Assembly: GCA_050613775.1 (NCBI GenBank)
Contig: JBODTK010000119.1
Location: 482,840 to 502,839 of the forward strand
Length of the DNA stretch: 20,000 nucleotides
Origin: Neocallimastix sp. 'constans'
Lineage: Eukaryota
Direction: 5' to 3'
The first letter of the stretch is position 1; every line of letters begins with the position of its first letter. The notes under the pieces were generated by a model. The model made no database searches and had not been told where the DNA came from. It worked only from the letters and a program-made list of their open reading frames with translations. Both the position numbers and the translations under genes were made by a program. Positions 1-9,240 of this stretch are shown one piece after another.

Positions 1-480
1 AAGAAAAATAAAAAATTATCTGATCAACTAATAGGACCCTTTGAAATCATTAGAAAAGTTAGTGATTTAGCGTATGAACTTAAACTTCCTAATAATATGC
101 GCTGTCACCCTGTATTCCATGTTTCGCTCCTCGAACCTTACCATGAAAATGAATTCCCAAACAGAAGAAATACTCGTAGAAGAAATATTAATCTTACTAC
201 GGATACAATTAATAGAAGTCCTGAAAGAATAATTAAAATGAAAACTTTTAACAATAAAAATCGTTACTTGATTAAATGGAAAGGATGCGATTCTAATGAA
301 AATACTTGGATCGATGAAGATCAAATTTTTGATAAACAATTAATACAAGAATACTATAGAAAAGAAAAGAAGAATAAATCTTCGAATATTAACAATGAAT
401 TTTGCCAACTACCTGAAGATTCGAACGAGTACTATGTTAGGCATAAATATCAACCTTTTGTGATCGATCTTCCTTCCTAA
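1..480 (+). CDS. pol: C-terminal part of a Ty3/Gypsy (chromovirus) Pol: integrase GPF/Y module plus chromodomain; 5' part lies outside the window
   Basis: Frame is open from base 1: [47 protein letters not shown] (GPF...Y.L.LP....[11 protein letters not shown] motif), then PERII...[22 protein letters not shown] (chromodomain). TAA at 478-480. Confidence 0.93.
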   Translation, partial: KKNKKLSDQLIGPFEIIRKVSDLAYELKLPNNMRCHPVFHVSLLEPYHENEFPNRRNTRRRNINLTTDTINRSPERIIKMKTFNNKNRYLIKWKGCDSNENTWIDEDQIFDKQLIQEYYRKEKKNKSSNINNEFCQLPEDSNEYYVRHKYQPFVIDLPS

Positions 481-505
481 AGTTAATCTCGCAGGAGCTC
501 GACTT

Positions 506-516
506 AAAGGGCGAGA
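506..516 (+). other. Polypurine tract of the Gypsy element
   Basis: AAAGGGCGAGA shortly after the pol stop, followed one base later by TGTAAAG at 518. Confidence 0.7.
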
Positions 517-517
517 T

Positions 518-1160
518 TGTAAAGATATTATTAATATCTTTAAATAATTTTAATTAAATTTAATCATAAATTTAAGTAAAATTAAAATAAATTTATTTGA
601 AATCACGTGTATAAAATTATTGAAAATATTTTTAACATAATTTCGATTTTTTTCCCAATCATACTAATAAATTAAAAATTTCTCTTGTGAAACTAGTATT
701 TGAAAATCATTTCTTTTTATGTAATTTAATTTAAATAATAAGAGTTAAGGTTTTTCACAAGATAAATTAACAACATGAAACTATGCAATTAGTCATGTTG
801 AAACTTACGGCATTTTATGCTAAATTTATATTAAATAATTATGACAACTTTTATATTATTTTTAAATAGAAAACATATAATAAATTTACTAATAATATTT
901 AAATAATAAATAAATAATAAATGAACTCAATTAGAATTGATTATATTTATTTTAGTTATTAATTATAATTCTCTTTATTTAGTAATAGTTAATTATTTAT
1001 TATTAGTTTAGGTTAGTATTGTTTTTAAATAAATAGCTAGATAATATAATTCAATAGGAATTATATATTATAAATGCAATAAGATAAAAATATAAATAGT
1101 TATCAAATTTCATGTATTTTAATCGATGTAATTGTTATTAACGATTTCTTGTTAATAACA
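518..1160 (+). repeat. Probable 3' LTR of the Gypsy element; right boundary uncertain
   Basis: Starts with TGT directly after the PPT. AATAAA-rich stretch at ~903-920. Candidate ...ATAACA end at 1160. No second copy in the window to confirm the boundary. Confidence 0.45.
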
Positions 1161-1277
1161 CTTTAAAATAAATAAAGATTTTAATATTTAAAAAATTAAT
1201 AAAACTTGTTCTTTAAAACTATTATTTTGTGTTTTAGTGTTATTATTGAAGTGTTGATTTATAATCTATTTTTTTTA

Positions 1278-3033
1278 TCAAAACTTTATATTCCCTGAGT
1301 ATGATTTTGAAATAGGACCGATAACATCAGAATGGATTACATCTAGTGGATGCTTTGCCTTTGGAGTGTCTCCATTATGGGGTTTCCTATTTAATTTGGC
1401 AATTTTACAATTTAAGCATTCATTAATTTTGACATTGTGGAGTTTTAGATATTTAGTTAAATTGTCTTGATAAAAATGTCCAAGTCTTCTATGCCATAGC
1501 ATTTTAGACTGGTCATTTATGTCCATTGTTTCTTCAGGTGAGACGATGTCAATACAATTCTTTAAATTCGATTTATTCTTCGTAAGTATATGAATTGTAT
1601 TGTTTTTATTAGCTTTAAATGTGCCTATGTTAATTGTTCTTTTGTTTTCAAGTGTGGTTTTTAAAGTGAGAAAAACTTTGTCTCTCCTGGATTTAATGTT
1701 ACATTTTAATCCATTCTTCGCAAGTTTAATTCCACTCAGAAGATTCTTGTTAACTTGTTTAGAATAGAGGACATTTTCGAATTTTATGTTGTAACCATTA
1801 ATACTTCCTTCATAGGTACCAACCCCGTCAAACTCACAGATTGAATTATTTGCACACTGCATAGAGATCTTTTCTTCTCTAAAGTTTGAGAGGATATCTT
1901 TTTTATTGGTAATGTGCTCTGAAGCACCAGTATCAAAGGTCCAAATCGTTGTATCTTCTGAAGAATTTAATACTAAAGAAATGTATTTATTTTCGTAGTT
2001 TACTTTAGTGTCCTTTTTTTCTTCTAACGGCTCAAAGCTGTCTAAATTTTTATCATACATGGTCCTAAGTTCTTCTAAGGAAAGTTCTTCATCAGAATTT
2101 CGTTCTTCATATTCGACGTTTGCAATTGATTTTTGGTGGCTATTTTTACCTTTCCTTTTATTGATTTTAGTTTTCTTTTTGTTTGATTGCTTCTTGCCTT
2201 TTTGAGTCGATCTGTTCCTATTTTTGTTGATAAGGTTAAATCTACATTCATCGGTAGTATGTCCAAACATTTTGCACAGGTAACAATAGTTTGGCTCCGG
2301 ATTTGGTCTGGTTTTATTATTTTTTGAACCGCTTGACTCAATGTTATCAATATCCATGAAGTCACCTTTATCTGTGACGTTTCTATCGAAATTGATAGCA
2401 CTATGCAGGAAAATGTGGAAATTAATCTTGTTGATTGACTCTTCGAGGAAGTCATCAACTGTTTCTGTTCCACTAGGATGAATAAGGTCTCTTAAAACTT
2501 TTGGATAAGACAAATATAAAACCCTGATCTTTTCCCAAGTTCCGAGTCTGATATTGTTCTTATCCATTACTTCAAAGATTTCTTTAATTTGATTAATGAT
2601 ATCCTTGCATTCCGAAAGATTTTTGGCTTTTAAAGAATATAACTTCTTCAACCAGTAGTTGAGATCAGCAGTTTTCTTTTTTCCATATAAGACCTTTAAT
2701 TTTTTCATAATATCATAGGCGGTGGTAAGATATCTTATGTAGCTCAAAACTTCTTGACTTACATTTTTACTGATAATGGTACTGGCTAAGGCATCTTGAG
2801 TTTCAGCTTCTTTGATATCCTTTTCCAAGTCCTTGATAGCTTTGACGGTTTCGTCGGATTTGGGTTTTCCCTTTTCCTCCTTAAGCTTATCATTTAATTT
2901 ACCGATTACATTCTCATTTACATACTGTAAAATTTTTAAAAGATTTGAGAATTTTTTTAATAAGGAATTCCCAGTTTTCGAAGTTATCCTTATTGAGAAT
3001 ATCTTCAGTTCTTAATTTGGTTTCGTTAGACAT
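1278..3033 (-). pseudogene. gag-pol: Copia gag-pol pseudogene with a 1-bp frameshift near 2933-2941 and a 3' truncation
   Basis: ATG at 3033 gives MSNETKLRTEDILNKDNFENWEFLIKKILKS. A +1 shift continues LKILQYVNENVIGKL... into the 516-aa ORF, which has CYLCKMFGHTTDEC (zinc knuckle), WTFDTGASEHI (aspartic protease), LWHRRLGH and CLNC (integrase HHCC) and HSDVIGP. Confidence 0.88.
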
Positions 3034-3053
3034 GTCGTAGATAGTATAAGAGG

Positions 3054-3068
3054 ATGAGACTCTTAATC
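3054..3068 (-). other. Primer-binding site of Copia-B, complementary to the tRNA-Lys(CUU) anticodon arm
   Basis: Plus strand ATGAGACTCTTAATC lies between the LTR and the gag ATG. It matches the eukaryotic tRNA-Lys(CUU) anticodon arm TGAGA-CTCTTAA-TC recalled from known tRNAs. Confidence 0.8.
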
Positions 3069-3330
3069 TTTTGTTTATAAAATATTTTATTGATTAAAGT
3101 TTATTTATTTTAATATGAGTAATTACTTGATTTTTAAAATTTATGAGATTACATTTGTATTTATACTATTTGTGGCTAAATAAAAATATAACGAGAAATT
3201 ATTACATAATATATTTCATTGTATTAGCTTAACAACGAGTTCGTTGTATTATAAAAATATCTTTTAATTTATTTAATACACATAAATTATTTTAATATAA
3301 ATTTAATATATTTTTCTTTGTATTCTAACA
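3069..3330 (-). repeat. 5' LTR of Copia-B; boundaries inferred
   Basis: Minus strand starts TGTTAGAATA at 3330 and runs to the PBS. Contains TATAAAT and shares motifs with the Copia-A LTR. The inner end is 3069 (AA) or 3072 (CA plus a 3-nt spacer). Confidence 0.65.
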
Positions 3331-3420
3331 ATTATTAATATTGCATAAAAACAATTTTAAAAAAAATATATTTTGAATTAATATTTATTTATTTATTCAT
3401 TTATTTATATCAATACTCTA

Positions 3421-3520
3421 CTTGTCGAAATGCAACCTGGCGAAAAGCAACTTGGGGAAACGTAACATTTTAATACTACGCCACTTGGCGAAATGCAATT
3501 TGGGGAAATGCAACTCTCCC
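3421..3520. repeat. GC-enriched 15-bp-period repeat (consensus CTTGGCGAAATGCAA x5), possible DNA-transposon terminal or subterminal remnant
   Basis: Units start at 3421, 3436, 3451, 3484 and 3499. The array ends in CTCTCCC. Confidence 0.75.
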
Positions 3521-3593
3521 GAATATTTTATTTTATTTTTTTTTTTTGTAAAAAAATATTTATTTTTATCTAACCATTATAATTTATTTAATT

Positions 3594-3881
3594 TAATAAA
3601 TATAGTATATCAAATTTATTTATTTAATAATTATTTATTTATTTATTTATTATTTATAAAATAATAAGGTAATTACAAGGATATAAAATTAGGGTAAAAT
3701 TAATGACATTTATACACATGTTGTGGCCTGATTTTATTTATCATTTGATCAAAACTATTTCTAATTTACATAAAAAATTGCGAATAAATTTAATTACAAA
3801 TTTATAAAAATAATTGCTACGAATTTTAATTTATTTATTTCAAATAATTTATTTTAATATTTTAAATCAATATTTATAACA
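3594..3881 (-). repeat. 3' LTR of Copia-A (288 bp)
   Basis: Near-identical to 8867-9240. Minus strand reads TGTTATAAAT...TATTTATTA and abuts the PPT. Confidence 0.95.
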
Positions 3882-3891
3882 TTTCCCCCTC
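3882..3891 (-). other. Polypurine tract of Copia-A
   Basis: Minus strand GAGGGGGAAA immediately before the TGT of the 3' LTR. Confidence 0.9.
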
Positions 3892-3952
3892 AAACTTATT
3901 TTTAATATGATTAAAATATGAGTTTGGAATTATTAATATTATTTATCATTTT

Positions 3953-6900
3953 TTAGTATTTATTATCATTACTATTAAATTTTCTTTTATTTATGTTGTT
4001 ATTATTGTCTATGATATAGTGGTAATTGTGTTTATTTTTGTAATTAATATTATTGTTATTTTGGTTATTGTTATTATTTATTTCGAATATCTTTTTGGTA
4101 AATTTCTTTATTTGACTTCCGTTTTGATTTTTTGTTAATGTGTCAGCGAGCATTTCGTCGGTTGGAATATATTTTAGATCTATTTTATTTTGATTAATAT
4201 TGTCTTTGTTAAAGTAATATTTTATTGAAATATGTTTTAATTTGCTGTTTAGTTCGCCGTTTTTTATTGTTTTTAAGCTTGAAGTATTATCTGTGAATAT
4301 CGTTATAGGTTTTTTAAAATTAAGTAATTCCTTTAGGATGTTTCTTATCCAAAGTACCTTTTTTACACATTCGGAAGTGGCTATATATTCAGCTTCTGTA
4401 GTACTAGTGGCTACGATGGACTGCTTCTTTGATCCCCAGCATATTGGGGAATTTCCTATTAATATTATGTGTCCTGAGGTAGATTTTCTATCTTCAAGAT
4501 CTCCTGCAAAGTCAGAATCGGTGTATCCAATAAAGTTCCCTTTTCCATTATATCTCAGCTTATAATCTTTAGTAGCGTTTAGGTATTTGAATATATTCAA
4601 TACCTTGTTCCAATCTGATACGGTAGGGGATTCAGATTTTCTTGCTATTTTATGAACGGCGAAGCTGGTGTCTGGACGTGTGATTTTTGCGATGTATATC
4701 AGCGATCCAATTGCACTTTTGAATATCGTCGTGTTAAATGGTTTTTTGTTTTCTGATATTAGATTGTCTCCTGTACATGGTGTAGATTGTTTTTTGATAT
4801 TTGTAATATTATATTTTTCGAGTAACGTATTTATTGTGTGAGTTTGAGATATTATATAATCGTTATGATCCTTTTCTATTTTTATTCCTAGTATATATCT
4901 TAGAGGTTCACAATTTGAGATTTTGAATCTTTTCTTAAGTTTGCTTATTATATTTCTTATTTCTCGATTGTTTCCGGTAATCATCATGTCATCGACGTAT
5001 AATCCAATAAGACCGACAAGTTTATTATTGATTACCTTTTTGAAGATGCATGGTTCTGAACTCAAATGCGTATATCCATTTTCTCTAAGGAATTTTGAGA
5101 TAGTAAGAAACCATTGTCTTCCGGCCTGTTTTAAACCGTAGAGTACCCTATTTAATCTCCAGAAACCTTTTTTGAAATTTTTATCTCCTTTTGGAATTTG
5201 GATATTTAATGTTTTGTCAATGTTTGCATTTAAGTATGCTGCTTTTATGTCCAGTTGTTGAATATTCCACTTGAATTTGGCAGCAAGGGCAATAATTAGT
5301 TTTATGCTATCTGTGTTAAGTGTTGGTGAATAAGTAATGTCATAGTCTATACCTTTTTGTTGCTTGTAGCCCCTGGCTACTAATCTTGCTTTATATTTAG
5401 TGATATTGTTGTTTTCATCTCTTTTTACAGTGAATACCCATTTTGAAGATATAATGTTGGTATTTTTTGGTATTCTTTTAGTGAATGTCATTATTTTATT
5501 TGCATATAAGTTATCAAGTTCATTTTTGATTGCAGTTAACCATTCTTTCTTTTCATTACTGTTAATAGCTTCATTAAAATTTTTGGGGATCTTTTGGATT
5601 GTGTTTTTGGCTGAAATTTTATTTTTATTGTTATTTATGTGTGAGATGTTATTGAATTCTTTATTATTGATTAGTGATTTTATTTTTTTATTAGATATTG
5701 GATCGCTTTTATCTGTTGATGTATGTGGTCTTTTTCTGAGTATTTGAGGAATGTTGTCGATATTTTTTATTTTCTTATAAATTATGTTTTCTACGTCTTC
5801 AATATTTCTTTTTCTTTTATGATTAATTGAACTAGGGTTTCTTTTTATTTTCTTGTGATTATTGTCATCATTCGTAAATAGTGATCTATTGCGATTTATA
5901 GTTTTTGATTGTTTATCAGTATTATTATTGTTGATTATAATATTGTTGGTGTAATTTGTGGAATCGTTGTGGATTTCATTGTTGTTATTTTCAATATTTT
6001 TGGTATGATTGATGTCATCATTGTTGGTATAGCTTTGTCCATCAGTATTTTCTGTATTGTTGTTTTCATTTTCTTGAATACTATCTGTAGTACGAATATC
6101 ATGTATATGTTGTTGTATATTATTATTAGGGTAATTATTATTATCAATATTTTGGAAGGTGTCTGAAATGTCTGAGTTTTCAAAAGTAAGAGTGTTGTTT
6201 GTAATACAGAGTTCATTATTGATATTTGATATTTTACTATTTAATTGTACTCCAGGAAATATATCTTCTAAGAATAGTGCTTCTCTAACAAGTTTACATT
6301 TATTATCGTTTAAGTCCATAATGATGAAACTATTAGATTCAAAATCAATACCTAAAAATATTCCTTTTCTTGATTTGGGCTCGAATTTAGAAATTTTGTT
6401 GTTATTGGGAATTTTATAATATGTAGAGCATCCGAAAACTTTGATTTTTGATAAGTTGATGTCTTTATTAAAGAAAATTTTATTGGGAATTTGATTGTTT
6501 ATGCTGGAATGTGGAGTGATATTATATAAATGAGTGGCGTACTTGATTGCAAAATCCCAAAATTTAGTATTGAGTTTTGAAGTGAATAGTAATGTTCTTG
6601 TGCAATCGACTATGGTACGGTTGAACCTTTCCGCGAGACCGTTGATTTGCGGATTATAAGGTGTTGAGAATACTTTGTTTATACCTTTATTGTTACAGAA
6701 ATTAAATATCCTTTTATTCTTGTATTCTTTACCATTGTCTGATTTGAAAGTTTTGATAACCTTATTATATTGGTTTTCAATAAATGTGAGAAATTGTATT
6801 ATTATTTCAGTTGCTTGTGACTTTTCTTCAAGTAAGTATAACCATGCCTTTCGTGAAAATTCATCTATGAATGTTATGAAGTATTTTTTGTTAGTAATGG

Positions 6901-8845
6901 ATGGTTCAACAGGACCAACAATGTCGGAGTGGATTGTCTCTAGTATTTCAATGGCTCTAGGGGGAGTACCATTAAAAGGGTCTTTATTCATTTTGGAAAT
7001 TCGGCATTCAGTACAATTTAATGGCTTTATTTTATTTAGTTTTAGATATTTGTTAATGTCATAAAGAAAAAAGTGACCAAGTCGATTATGCCAAATTTTT
7101 AAATTATTGTTGTCTATTTCAATGTTAAGTAGATTGTGGGAATTAGTATTAATTGGATTTATAGTCATGTGTATTATATTGTGGATGTTGGAATAAAAAG
7201 TTCCAATAACTCGATTGTTCATAATAAGACTGATGTAAGGCTTGTTTTTTCGATCTAATGCAATTAGGGTATATATTCCTTCTTTTGAAAGTTTAATACC
7301 ACTAATTATATTTTTTGATACGTTCTTTGAAAATAGCACGTGGTGTAAGGTAATTCTATGACCGTTTATTTTCCCATGAAATGTACCATATCCTTCAAAG
7401 TAGCATTCGGTATTGTTAGCACATCTCATTGTAATGTTTTGTTTTTTAAAATCAGCTAATAGATACTTATTATTTGTAATATGTTCAGAGGAACCTGTGT
7501 CATAGGTCCATTGAGTACTATATGGATATTGTTCGTTTGATGATAAATATTCAAGGTTGAATATATTTTTATCATTTACTTGACGATACGGTTTTGTATT
7601 CATAAATGAATGATATGCTGAGCAACCCCAACTATACACATGATCATTTGAAAGTAAAAAATTAATGAAAAATGAAATATTATTATTAAAATTGTTGTTT
7701 AATATAAAATTATTATTAGTTGTTATCATGTGATTATCCATTGTTTCTATGTTATTTATAAATTCATCATCGGTATATTCAATGCTATTAATGGAATAAT
7801 CATAATAGTTATTATAAAGTTCATCGAAGGAGACATATTCATCGTTATGTTCGATGTTTTTTAATGATCCAGTTTGTTTTTTGTAATTATATTTATGTTT
7901 CTTTTGATTGATTCTTTTGTTTTTGTAATTTTTTGAGTTTCGAATTCTTTTGTTTGTCTTCGCATTGAAAAAACATTCGTCAGTGGAATGTCCGTTGATT
8001 TTACAAATGTGACAAAATTTCTTGTTGGAAGGATAAGATTTTGAGTTGCGTAGATTTTTAGTATGATGGTAGACGTGGTTAAGATCATAATCAAGGTCCA
8101 TGTTGTCTTCTTGAGAATTTTGAATATAATTATTGTTTAAACTAGTGAGTCTATTGGACTTACTATTATATTTTCTAATAAAAATCTTATTTTTGATATC
8201 ATTGTAGAATTCAATCGGGTTGACGTCTGCGCTAAAATTGACAATATTTTTGATTTCATTTGGAAGAGCATTGTGTAAAATTGTGAGTTTTTCTAAATTG
8301 TTTGGATTTAAATTTGTGTCATGTAACATATTGAAAAGTTCCATAATTTCATTTATGACATCCATAGTGTTATTGATGTCACTTGCTTTAAGTTCATAGA
8401 GCCTCTTGTACCAAATAGAATGTTCTTCTTCGTCTCTTTCGTAGAGTTGTTTAAGTTTCTCCATTTTTTCAAATGCTTTTTCTCTCCTTTCGATAAATTT
8501 TAAAACTTTATCTGTTACATTAGCGATGATTATGGAGTTAGCCATAGCGTCGTTGGCAATCGCCTCTTCTATAGCGTTCTGTTGTTGAATCAATTGTTAT
8601 TGAATATTTTGGATATTGGCTTGAAGTTCCCGGTTATTTTGATTATTCTCGGCCTGAGCTTGTAGATTTTGGAGATCATTAGTTAATTGATTAAAGACGT
8701 TGGTTCGTTCAGCAATGATGTCGACTTCAGTATATTGGAATAGTCTCTTTCCTTTAAGGAAATTTTGAATAAAGAGGTACCAAGTACGAAAATTTTTTCC
8801 ATTGAGTTTTTGGACAAAAGGTGTAGTAGTAGTGGCGGCGTTCAT
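3953..8845 (-). CDS. gag-pol: Copia gag-pol polyprotein in a single frame, interrupted by one in-frame TAA at 8597-8599
   Basis: ORFs 8597-8845 and 3953-8593 are in the same frame. Motifs: KLNGKNFRTW (gag N-terminus), CHICKINGHSTDEC, YDTGSSEH (protease), WHNRLGH/CTEC, HSDIVGP...SDNGKEY...NGLAER (integrase DDE), YKARLVARG, LYGLKQAGRQW, LYVDDM (RT), YTDSDFAG...EAEY...TDN...ADTLTK (RNase H). Confidence 0.95.
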
Positions 8846-8854
8846 GGTAGAAAA

Positions 8855-8866
8855 AGACTCTTAATC
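8855..8866 (-). other. Primer-binding site of Copia-A, complementary to the tRNA-Lys(CUU) anticodon arm
   Basis: Minus strand GATTAAGAGTCT directly abuts the 5' LTR end. The same 12-mer occurs in Copia-B. Confidence 0.8.
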
Positions 8867-9240
8867 TAATAAATATAGTATATCAAATTTATTTATTTAA
8901 TAATTATTTATTTATTTATTTATTTATTATTTATAAGATAATAAGGTAATTACAAGGATATAAAATTAGGGTAAAATTAATGACATTTATACACATGTTG
9001 TGGCTTGATTTTATTTATCATTTGATCAAAACTATTTCTAATTTACATAAAAAATTGCGAATAAATTTAATTACAAATTTATAAAAATAATTGCTAATAC
9101 TTTAATTAAATTACGAATTTTAATTTATTTATTTCAAATAATTTATTTTAATATTTTAAATCAATATTAATTAAATTACGAATTTTAATTTATTTATTTC
9201 AAATAATTTATTTTAATATTTTAAATCAATATTTATAACA
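8867..9240 (-). repeat. 5' LTR of Copia-A (374 bp, with an internal 65-bp tandem duplication)
   Basis: Direct repeat of 3594-3881 with 2 substitutions, one extra ATTT unit and 82 extra bp (manual alignment). Confidence 0.95.

Larger units (their letters stand above)
1278..3330 (-). mobile_element. Truncated Ty1/Copia LTR retrotransposon (Copia-B): 5' LTR, PBS, gag, protease and integrase N-terminus; lacks integrase core, RT, RNase H and 3' LTR
   Basis: Protein motifs and PBS described in the following features. Homology to the full element ends at HSDVIGPISKS. No copy of its LTR seen to the left. Confidence 0.9.
3594..9240 (-). mobile_element. Full-length Ty1/Copia LTR retrotransposon (Copia-A), 5647 bp
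   Basis: Direct-repeat LTRs at 3594-3881 and 8867-9240. TSD TAATT at 3589-3593 and 9241-9245. PBS, PPT and gag-PR-IN-RT-RH domain order. Confidence 0.97.

Noticed and set aside
3054..3069. tRNA-Lys gene
   Set aside because: Only the anticodon arm is present, with no acceptor, D or T arms. Its position marks it as a PBS.
3421..3513. CRISPR-like array, or the 80-aa ORF 3422-3664 with (L/S)xKCN pentapeptide repeats
   Set aside because: Units are contiguous with no unique spacers, no cas genes, and the context is eukaryotic. The peptide periodicity is a by-product of the 15-bp DNA repeat and the ORF runs into the LTR.
4242..7064. Plus-strand ORFs inside Copia-A and other short overlapping ORFs (67-339, 2008-2205, 2075-2473, 2812-3015, 5935-6216, 7861-8094)
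   Set aside because: Antisense or alternate-frame shadows of gag-pol with no recognisable motifs.
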